This document shows, one piece after another, positions 43,278 to 51,415 of a stretch of DNA of 64,000 nt (positions are counted from its first letter, which is position 1; every line of letters begins with the position of its first letter). The position numbers were made by a program, and so were the translations under genes. The notes under the pieces are model-generated. The model did not search any database and was not told where the DNA came from. It was given only the letters and a program-made list of their open reading frames with translations. This stretch comes from an uncultured beta proteobacterium (GTDB lineage: Bacteria > Pseudomonadota > Gammaproteobacteria > Burkholderiales > Burkholderiaceae_F): the NCBI GenBank assembly GCA_963729785.1, contig CAVSPM010000029.1, positions 104,748 through 168,747 on the forward strand, in the 5' to 3' direction.

Positions 43278-44216
43278 ATGTCCACTTCTGCCACGCCATC
43301 GGTCGCCGACCTGAACGCTCGCTACGCACTGGGCGCCGAGCTAACCTTCCGCGAAGGTGCGCAGGGGCTGATTTTCGTCGACGTGAACAACGCGACGGCC
43401 GGCGCTCTTCTATGCCTGCAGGGCGCGCACTTGGTCACGTGGCGGCCGCACGCCCAGGAACAGCCCGTGATCTGGGTTTCCGAGGCGGCGCAATTTGCCC
43501 CGCGCAAATCGATCCGTGGCGGTGTGCCGGTCTGCTGGCCCTGGTTTGGCCCGCACCCGGCCGGCGGCACCCTGCCCAGCCACGGCTTCGCACGCACCTT
43601 TGACTGGCAGGTGGCGGCGACGCGGCGCCTCGACCAGGGAGCCACCGAAATCTGCTTTGTCATGAGGGACCATGAGCAGACGCGCGCACTGTGGCCGCAC
43701 GCGTTCACCGTCCAATTGCGCGTGACCGTTGGTGCGCAGTTGCAGGTGGAGCTGGGCACCACCAACGACGGCGATGCGCCATTCGCGCTGGGAGAGGCCC
43801 TGCATACGTATTTTCGTGTCGGCGACATCGGCGATGCGCGGGTTCAGGGCCTGGACGGGCTGGTGTTCGTCGACAACGCCCGCGGCGCCAGCCGCGGACG
43901 CCAGCAGGGAGATGTCCGGTTTTCTGCGGAAACCGATCGCGTCTACCTCGACACGCCTTCGGACTTGGCGATCGTCGATCCGGTCCTGGGGCGCAGGATC
44001 CTGATCTCGCAGTCCGGCGCCCGTTCTGCCATCGTCTGGAACCCCTGGCTGGACAAGGCGACGAAAATGGGCGATCTCGGGGCCGGCGCCCGCCATCAAG
44101 GCGGCTGGCGCGAGATGGTGTGCGTTGAAAGCGGCAACGCGCTGGAGAACGCGGTCGAAGTCGCGCCCGGTGCCACGCACCGCATGGCGGCGCTCTATCG
44201 GGCCGAGTCCATCTAG
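43278..44216 (+). CDS. D-hexose-6-phosphate mutarotase (aldose 1-epimerase family, YeaD-like)
   Basis: LQGAHLVTW, IRGGVPVCWPWFG, HGFART, ALHTYF, ETDRVY, IVWNPW, MVCVES. Confidence 0.93.
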   Translation: MSTSATPSVADLNARYALGAELTFREGAQGLIFVDVNNATAGALLCLQGAHLVTWRPHAQEQPVIWVSEAAQFAPRKSIRGGVPVCWPWFGPHPAGGTLPSHGFARTFDWQVAATRRLDQGATEICFVMRDHEQTRALWPHAFTVQLRVTVGAQLQVELGTTNDGDAPFALGEALHTYFRVGDIGDARVQGLDGLVFVDNARGASRGRQQGDVRFSAETDRVYLDTPSDLAIVDPVLGRRILISQSGARSAIVWNPWLDKATKMGDLGAGARHQGGWREMVCVESGNALENAVEVAPGATHRMAALYRAESI

Positions 44217-44470
44217 CCGGCCACGGCAGCACATCGAGCACGGCCGGGCAGGCAGCAGAAAGGGATCGCTACGAAGTTTGATTCGTGTCCGGAACCCGGA
44301 ATCGAGCTGGCCGCGCCCCGTTTGCGGCCGTCCCGGGGCGTCCTTACAGCCCGCGCCGGGCCGCAGCCCCGGCAAGAAGACCCCTGTTCGGCGGTGCAGA
44401 CTACGCTTTGGCACGCGCTGGCGATTGTGGGAGACTTGCGCCGACCAACCACGGATGCTTCGAGACCGAT

Positions 44471-44902
44471 ATGAATTTTCGCGCAGCCACCTTGCTCTTA
44501 CTGCTCAGCCTGGGATCGACCCTGGTCCAGGCCGCACCGCCGACCATCCCTTCACTGACGGTGCAAGGATTCCTCCAGGTGGGCGACTTTTTTGGTGCGC
44601 CCGGCAACGGCGAGAATCCGGCCAGCGACCGGCTCGAGCCGACCTACTACCTGCAATTGCCCGCGCCGCTGGTCATGCAGGTCCATCCGGCCAGCCAACT
44701 GGCACCATTCAGCCAGCCGGCGCAAACGGCGTCCTTCGTCCAGCTGGTCGTGTTCGACGAAGAGCGGTCGGTCGTCAAGACCCTGGTGGGCAAGCGCGTA
44801 CGCGTCGTGGGCACGGTGATCGAGCCCGACAGCGGACAGCACAGAACGCCGTTATTGATGCAGGTGAAATCCGTTTCGGCGATCCGCGATTGGCAGTGGT
44901 GA
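44471..44902 (+). CDS. Exported protein, DUF4431-like
   Basis: Signal peptide; FFGAPGNGENPASD..E..YYLQL; GKRVRVVGTV...GQHRTPLLMQV. Confidence 0.7.
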   Translation: MNFRAATLLLLLSLGSTLVQAAPPTIPSLTVQGFLQVGDFFGAPGNGENPASDRLEPTYYLQLPAPLVMQVHPASQLAPFSQPAQTASFVQLVVFDEERSVVKTLVGKRVRVVGTVIEPDSGQHRTPLLMQVKSVSAIRDWQW

Positions 44903-44966
44903 ACGCATAACCGCCGGTTCCGAGCTGCCGCCGAAACCGGAAACGGGACAACGCCGCCGCCAGCCA

Positions 44967-45870
44967 ATGATCCAGACCGAGCGCCTTGACCTGGGCAACG
45001 GCATCACGCTGCACTGTCGCACCGCCGGCCCGGCCCACGCACCGGTACTGCTCTTTCTGCATGGATTTCCGGAGGCAGCTTTCATTTGGGACGAATTGCT
45101 CGTCCATTTTGGCCAACGCTATCGATGCGTGGCGCCGAATCTGCGCGGCTTCGGACCGTCCACGTCCCCGGCCGATCCTGCGCTGTACCGCACCCACCTC
45201 CTGGTCGGCGACGTGGACGCGCTCATCGCATGCCTGGGCGCAAGACCGGTCGAAGCGTTAATCGCCCACGACTGGGGCGGGGCGCTTGCCTGGGCCATCG
45301 CCGCGCAACACCCCGATTGGTTGCGCCGGCTGGTCATCATCAATTCGCCGCACCCGGGCACCTTCCTGCGAGAGCTGCAAACCAATCCGGCGCAGCAGTC
45401 GGCCAGCGCCTACATGAATTTCCTTTGTCGACCCGACGCGGAACAACGGCTCGCGGAAAACGACTACGCGCGCCTTTGGCCGCTGTTTACCCGCATGGGC
45501 GCCAGCGACCCGGCGCGCGTTGGCGGCAATTGGCTGACCGACGCCAAGCGCGAGCAATACCGCGCCGTCTGGCGGGCCGGGCTGACCGGCGGCTGCAACT
45601 ACTATCGAGCCTCGCCCCTGCGCCCCCCCCACGCCGGAGGATTCGTCGGTGCTCAAGCTCGTGCTCGCGCCCGAGCGCATCACGTCGCGCCGGCCCACCC
45701 TGGTGATTTGGGGCGAGGACGATGGCGCGCTGCTACCGTGCCTGCTCGATGGCCTGGATGCCTACGTTCCGGACTTGCGCCTGTTGCGGGTCGCCGGCGC
45801 GACGCATTGGATCGTGCACGAGCGGCCGCAATGGATCGCCCGCGAGGTGGAGCGCCATCTGACGGATTAG
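44967..45870 (+). CDS. Alpha/beta hydrolase (epoxide hydrolase-like; frameshift near the C-run at about 45625-45640)
   Basis: FLHGFPE, APNLRGFG, AHDWGG, NYYRASP, then PTLVIWGEDD and ATHWIVHERP in a second frame. Confidence 0.9.
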
Positions 45871-46271
45871 CTGCCCGAGATCGCAGCGGCGCGGACCCGG
45901 CATCTTGGCGGCGCTCCGGCAACGGCAAAACATCGATCGGAGCTTTGCGGTCCTTACGCGCTGCCCCCGGACCGGCGCTCCGGCTCAGACCCTCGCTCCC
46001 AGCCGCTCGCCGGCGCCTACCATGCCGTGCATCGCATCCTCAGCGACCACGGACCGGCTGAAGACCGGGCTCTGGACGGCATTGCGGCCGCAGGCACGCA
46101 ACGGTGTGCCCGGTGGGCCTGTTCACGGGCCCCGGGGTACGAATTTGCTCGCGACCCCGCTCGGCGGGCGAGCCGGCGACGACGCAAAGGTTGACGGCAA
46201 GGCCCCCGGTTCGATACGCTGGCCCCGGGTCGCGGCTCCCCACCGAGTCGTTTCACACAGGAACTGCCCAC

Positions 46272-47450
46272 ATGCCTGCCAAGCCCGCCATCGAGGCGGC
46301 CACGCCGTCGCGTAGGCCTCGTTGCCCCAATTTCTCCTCCGGACCCTGCGCCAAGCGCCCGGGCTGGACCGTCGATGTACTCCAGGGTGCCCCGGTGGGC
46401 CGGTCGCATCGGGCGCCAATCGGCAAGTCGCGGCTGCGCAAGGTGATCGACGAGACCAAAGCATTGCTTGGCCTGCCATCGAGCTACCTGGTCGGGATCA
46501 TGCCGGCGTCGGACACGGGCGCGGTTGAGGCGGCGCTGTGGTCTTTGCTGGGAACCCGGCCGGTTGACGTATTTGCCTGGGAAAGCTTTGGCAAGGAGTG
46601 GGTGACCGATTGCCTGCAACAGCTGAGCCACCTCAAGACGCGGTCCTTCGTCGCCGACTTCGGGCACCTGCCCAACCTGCGCCAAGCCAATTTCGAGCAT
46701 GACGTCGTCTTCACTTGGAACGGCACCACGTCCGGCGTGATAGTGCCTGACGGCAACTGGATTCCCGATGACCGCCATGGCTTGACCATCTGCGACGCCA
46801 CGTCCTCGGTGGGCGCCGTCGCGATGCCCTGGGAAAAACTCGACGTGGTCACCTTCAGTTGGCAAAAGGTGCTCGGCGGTGAAGCCCAGCACGGCGTGCT
46901 GATCCTTTCACCGCGGGCCGTCGAGCGGCTCGAATCGCACCAGCCGGCCTGGCCGGTACCGAAGATCTTCCGCCTGGCCAAGGAGCGCAAGCTCATCGCC
47001 GGCATCTTCGAGGGCGAGACGATCAACACGCCCTCGATGCTGTGCGTCGAAGACGCGCTCGACGCGCTGGCGTGGGCGCGATCCCTGGGTGGTGCCGCCG
47101 CGCTCGAACAGCGCACCGGGGACAATGCCCGGGCGCTGCAACGCTGGGTGGAGCGCACGCCATGGATCGAGTACCTGGCGGCGGACCCGGCGACGCGCTC
47201 GCCAACCTCGGTCTGTCTGCGCATGTCGGATGCTGCCGCCGCGGGGCTGGGTCGCGACCAGCAGGCCGCCTGGTTCAAGAAGATCGCCGCCGCCCTCGAG
47301 TCGCAGGGCGTAGCCTATGACATCGGCTCGTACCGCGACGCACCCCCGGGTTTGCGCATCTGGTGCGGCGCCACGGTCGAGACCGACGATATCGAGGTGC
47401 TCACGCAGTGGTTGGACTGGGCCTACGCCACACAGGGCGGCGCGAGCTAA
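46272..47450 (+). CDS. serC: Phosphoserine aminotransferase (alphaproteobacterial / Methanosarcina type)
   Basis: NFSSGPCAKRPGW, GRSHR, ASDTGAVE, FTWNGTTSGV, CDATS, TFSWQKVLGGE, YRDAPPGLRIWCG. Confidence 0.95.
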   Translation: MPAKPAIEAATPSRRPRCPNFSSGPCAKRPGWTVDVLQGAPVGRSHRAPIGKSRLRKVIDETKALLGLPSSYLVGIMPASDTGAVEAALWSLLGTRPVDVFAWESFGKEWVTDCLQQLSHLKTRSFVADFGHLPNLRQANFEHDVVFTWNGTTSGVIVPDGNWIPDDRHGLTICDATSSVGAVAMPWEKLDVVTFSWQKVLGGEAQHGVLILSPRAVERLESHQPAWPVPKIFRLAKERKLIAGIFEGETINTPSMLCVEDALDALAWARSLGGAAALEQRTGDNARALQRWVERTPWIEYLAADPATRSPTSVCLRMSDAAAAGLGRDQQAAWFKKIAAALESQGVAYDIGSYRDAPPGLRIWCGATVETDDIEVLTQWLDWAYATQGGAS

Positions 47451-47483
47451 CCCCTGGCGTCGAGCCGGCGAACCGCCACTCCC

Positions 47484-49061
47484 ATGAGCCTGCGCGTCCT
47501 GATCAGTGATGCCCTGTCCGCCCGGGCCGTCGACATCTTCCGCAGTCGTGGAATCGAGGTCGAGCAGCGAGTCGGCCTCAAGCCTGAGGAGCTGCGGCGC
47601 ATCATCGGCGACTTCGACGGCCTGGCGATCCGCTCGGCCACCAAGGTCACCGCCTCGATCCTGAGCGCGGCCTCGCGCCTGCGCGTCATTGGACGGGCGG
47701 GCATCGGCGTGGACAACATCGACGTCGCCGGCGCGACCGAGCGTGGCATCGTCGTCATGAACACGCCGTTTGGCAATTCGATCACCACCGCCGAGCATGC
47801 GATTGCGATGATGTTCGCCCTGGCGCGTGAGATCCCCGCGGCGAGCGCTTCGACACGCGCCGGCAAATGGGAAAAATCACGCTTCATGGGCGTCGAACTC
47901 AGCGGCAAAACCCTGGGGGTGATCGGCTGCGGCAACATCGGCACCATCGTCGTCGACCGAGCGCTGGGCCTGAAGATGAAGGTCATCGCCAGCGACCCCT
48001 TTCTCGCGCCCGAGCGCGCCCAAGCCTTGGGTGTGGAAAAGGTGGAGCTCGAGGAGCTCTTCGCACGCGCCGACTTCATCACCCTGCACACGCCGCTCAC
48101 CGCGCAAACGCGCCATGTCATCGACGCGGCCGCGCTGGCCCGCTGCAAGCGCGGCGTGCGCATCATCAATTGTGCGCGCGGCGGGCTGATCGACGAGGCG
48201 GCGCTGCTCGCCGGCCTGCAGTCCGGACAGGTGGCCGGCGCCGCGCTGGACGTCTTCGCCGAGGAGCCGGCACTGCACAACCCGCTGTTTGCGCTAGACA
48301 ACGTGGTCTGCACGCCGCACCTGGGCGCCAGCACGAGCGAAGCGCAAGAGAACGTCGCCCTGCAGGTCGCCGAGCAGATTTGCGACTTCCTGCTCAGCGG
48401 CACGGTCTGCAATGCACTCAACATGCCGGCCGTCTCGGCCGAAGATGCCCCCCGGCTGCAACCCTACTTGCGCCTTGCCGAGCAATTGGGCAGCTTCGTC
48501 GGCCAGGTAACGCCCGACAGCATGCAGTCGGTGGAGATCGGCTACGAAGGGCCGGTGGCCGACCTCAACACGCGGCCGCTGACGAACACCATCCTGACGG
48601 GGCTGCTGGGCCCCTCCTCGGCCTTCGTCAATGCCGTCAACGCCCCGGTCATCGCCCGCGACCGGGGCATCCGCATCGCCGAGACCCGCAGCCAAACCCA
48701 CAGCGAATACCACATGCGCATGGACCTGCGCGTCACCAGCGAGCATGGCGGGATCCACGTCGCCGGCACGCTGTTTAGCGGCAAGCCGCGCCTGATCGAA
48801 ATTGACGGCGTGCCGCTCGAATCCGAATTGACGGCCAATATGCTGTTTGTGCGCAACAAAGACGCGCCCGGATTCATCGGCCACCTGGGTTCGGCACTGG
48901 GCCAGGCCGGCGTGAACATCGCCAATTTCAATCTTGGGCGCACACGGCCTGGCGCCGACGCGGTCTGCCTGGTTTCCGTCGACGAGGAGATTGCCCCGGC
49001 GGTATTGCGCCAGATCCAGGCGCTGCCCGGCGTCGTCGGAGCGCTAAGCCTGCGGTTTTGA
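47484..49061 (+). CDS. serA: D-3-phosphoglycerate dehydrogenase (long form with ACT domain)
   Basis: IRSATKVT, GRAGIGVDNID, NTPFGNSITTAEH, GCGNIG, NCARGG, TPHLGAST, NKDAPGFIG. Confidence 0.96.
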   Translation: MSLRVLISDALSARAVDIFRSRGIEVEQRVGLKPEELRRIIGDFDGLAIRSATKVTASILSAASRLRVIGRAGIGVDNIDVAGATERGIVVMNTPFGNSITTAEHAIAMMFALAREIPAASASTRAGKWEKSRFMGVELSGKTLGVIGCGNIGTIVVDRALGLKMKVIASDPFLAPERAQALGVEKVELEELFARADFITLHTPLTAQTRHVIDAAALARCKRGVRIINCARGGLIDEAALLAGLQSGQVAGAALDVFAEEPALHNPLFALDNVVCTPHLGASTSEAQENVALQVAEQICDFLLSGTVCNALNMPAVSAEDAPRLQPYLRLAEQLGSFVGQVTPDSMQSVEIGYEGPVADLNTRPLTNTILTGLLGPSSAFVNAVNAPVIARDRGIRIAETRSQTHSEYHMRMDLRVTSEHGGIHVAGTLFSGKPRLIEIDGVPLESELTANMLFVRNKDAPGFIGHLGSALGQAGVNIANFNLGRTRPGADAVCLVSVDEEIAPAVLRQIQALPGVVGALSLRF

Positions 49062-49233
49062 CAAGAGTCCGTCCTGGTCGGCGCCGCCCCCGGCGGGACT
49101 GCGCGCAAACGAGGATCGGTCGAAGGGCTGAGGGTTAGTTCGTTAACCCGATTGACCGTTACCTGAAGGGCCTTCGACAATCATTGCGCCCGACCGGCTG
49201 GCGGCCGCAACTGCGGCATCCAAGCCCGCGGCG

Positions 49234-49902
49234 ATGGATCCTAACCCTTCCCCTGGAGATGGCATGAGTTCGCCGACGCTCGCAAAGTTGCACTATGCGG
49301 CCTTCCCGGTCCTGTTGCCGGGCGCACCGTCGACGCGCATCGCGCCGATCGATCCGGATGGGCCGGCAACGCAGGCGATGACCGATTTTCGGTCGGCGCT
49401 GGTGAACACGATCCGCAACGACGCCTCGATCGAGGATGCGCTGCAACACATGAAGCAAGCGGGCGGGCGCCTGTGTTTTGTCGTCGGAGCCGAGGGGCAA
49501 CTGCTCGGATCGATTACCGCCGACGACATCCTGGGCGAAAGGCCGGTGAAATACATGCTGTCGACCCGCAATGCGCAGGCGTGCCTGGCCTGGCGCGACG
49601 TGCAGGTGCAGCACATCATGGAAGCGGTGGTGAACTGGCGTGTGCTCGACTACGCGCAGGTGCTGTCGATGCGGGCGGCGGAGATGGCGCAACTGTTGCG
49701 CGAGTCGGGGCAGCGCTACCTCGTCGTCGTCGAAGAAACGGCCAGCGGCTGCGCGTGGCAGATGCGCGGATTGTTTTCCGCGTCACGCCTGCAGGCCCTG
49801 CTGGGAGGCGACCGCTGGTCTCCCCTCATTTCCCGCGGCATGACCTCGGTGATGTTGCGCGACGGCGCAACCAGCGAGCCGTCGTCGCGTCCCTACGCCT
49901 GA
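49234..49902 (+). CDS. CBS-domain protein
   Basis: PATQAMTDF, ASIEDALQHMKQAGGRLCFVV, GSITADDILGERP, RGLFSAS. Confidence 0.8.
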   Translation: MDPNPSPGDGMSSPTLAKLHYAAFPVLLPGAPSTRIAPIDPDGPATQAMTDFRSALVNTIRNDASIEDALQHMKQAGGRLCFVVGAEGQLLGSITADDILGERPVKYMLSTRNAQACLAWRDVQVQHIMEAVVNWRVLDYAQVLSMRAAEMAQLLRESGQRYLVVVEETASGCAWQMRGLFSASRLQALLGGDRWSPLISRGMTSVMLRDGATSEPSSRPYA

Positions 49903-50002
49903 GCAAGAGCCGCGGCCGACAACGGCGGCGCGCCGAACGGGGCCGCCGACGGATGCCGCCACCGACCGCCGGCTCCGATTCAGCCCACGACGTCGCCGTC
50001 GA

Positions 50003-51400
50003 CTACTTGCGCTGGCGCAGCAGCAAAAGGCCGCCCAGCGCAAGTACGGCGACACCAACCAGTGCGCCCGCGCGCACGTACACCAGGCTCGAATAGAGCA
50101 TGTAGAGGCAGCTGCCGAAGAAGACAATCGGCGTAACGGGGTAGCCGGGCACACGAAACGGCCGCGGCACGTCCGGGTAACGCCAGCGCAGCACGATCAC
50201 CGCCAGGGCACTGAGTGCCAGGAAGAACCAATAGACCGGCGTCAGAAAATCGACCATGGTCGAAAAGCCCTGGAGCGTCAGGCTGCCCAATCCGATCTGC
50301 GCCAGCGCCACCACGCCCATGGCGATCATCGCTTGCGCGGGTGTCCCGCGCAGCACATCCCACTTGCCCAGGTGTACCTCACCCGACCAATCGCGGGCCG
50401 CCGCATAGGTCGTGCGCGCCCCCACGATCAGCAATCCGTTCATGACGGAAATGGCCGCGGTGGCGACCGTGCACACCATCAGGATCTCGCCGATGCGCCC
50501 GAAGGCCAGGCGCATCACGTCTGCCGCGGGGGCCTGGCTGCTGGCCAGGCCGTCCAGTCCGAGCACGCGCACGTAGCCCCAGTTGGCACCCAGGTACAGC
50601 AGGGCGACGATCGCCAGGCCGCCGATCAGCGCAAAGACGATGCCGCGGCGCTCGTCGCGCATTTCGGCCGAGAGCGTCGCCGCGTCGCTCCACCCGCCAT
50701 AAGCCAGCAGCACGAAGATCATGGCCGTGCCAAAGCTCGTCCGGTCGGTGGGCGACAGCGACAACGCGACCGGCGTCGGCGCGGGCACGCCTTGAAGCAC
50801 CTGCCACGCACCGGCAAGGAACACGCAGCTCAACCCGAAGATCACCAGCACCATCATTCCGAGCTGCGTGCCGACGCCCAGGTGGATGCCGCGCAGATTC
50901 ACCACGATGAGCGTGACGACCGCGATCACGCCGAAGATCGGGCTGGTCCAATAGCCGAAATTGAACAGTTGCGAGAGGTAGTCGCCGAAGACGAAGGCCA
51001 GCAGGGCCATCGATCCGGTGTGGATCACGGAAAAGCGCGACCAGGCAAACAAGAGGGCCAGCCTGCGACCGTAGGCGCGCGCCAAGAAGGCATAGTCGCC
51101 GCCGGCATGCGGAAAGGCCGCGGCCATCTCGGCAAAACACAGCGCCCCAAGCAGCGACAGCACGCCGCCGAACAGCCATGCGCTGAACAGCGGGCCGACG
51201 CTCATCAGGTTGGCGGCCACGTTGGGCGAGGCGCGGAAGATGCCCGAGCCGATGACCGTACCGACACAGACGGCCATCGCATGGCGCACGCCCAGGAGGC
51301 GCCGCGGCGCCGACGCGGCCTCGGGTGCCAAGGCCGACATCGCGCCCGGATCCGCGGCATGGCCGGCCGCCGGACCCTGTCGGTGCTGGGATTCGGTCAC
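50003..51400 (-). CDS. APC family amino acid permease
   Basis: VGTVIGSGIF, EMAAAFPHAGGDY, LAYGGWSD, RPFRVPGYP; about 12 TM segments. Confidence 0.92.
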   Translation of the reverse strand: MTESQHRQGPAAGHAADPGAMSALAPEAASAPRRLLGVRHAMAVCVGTVIGSGIFRASPNVAANLMSVGPLFSAWLFGGVLSLLGALCFAEMAAAFPHAGGDYAFLARAYGRRLALLFAWSRFSVIHTGSMALLAFVFGDYLSQLFNFGYWTSPIFGVIAVVTLIVVNLRGIHLGVGTQLGMMVLVIFGLSCVFLAGAWQVLQGVPAPTPVALSLSPTDRTSFGTAMIFVLLAYGGWSDAATLSAEMRDERRGIVFALIGGLAIVALLYLGANWGYVRVLGLDGLASSQAPAADVMRLAFGRIGEILMVCTVATAAISVMNGLLIVGARTTYAAARDWSGEVHLGKWDVLRGTPAQAMIAMGVVALAQIGLGSLTLQGFSTMVDFLTPVYWFFLALSALAVIVLRWRYPDVPRPFRVPGYPVTPIVFFGSCLYMLYSSLVYVRAGALVGVAVLALGGLLLLRQRK

Positions 51401-51415
51401 CGGTATCCCATCGCA

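Noticed and set aside
46160-46215. c-di-GMP-I riboswitch-like GACGCAAAG upstream of serC
   Set aside because: The GGCAAAC / GNRA first stem and the second-stem consensus are missing. The region fits better as a sigma-70 promoter (TTGACG...TACGCT).
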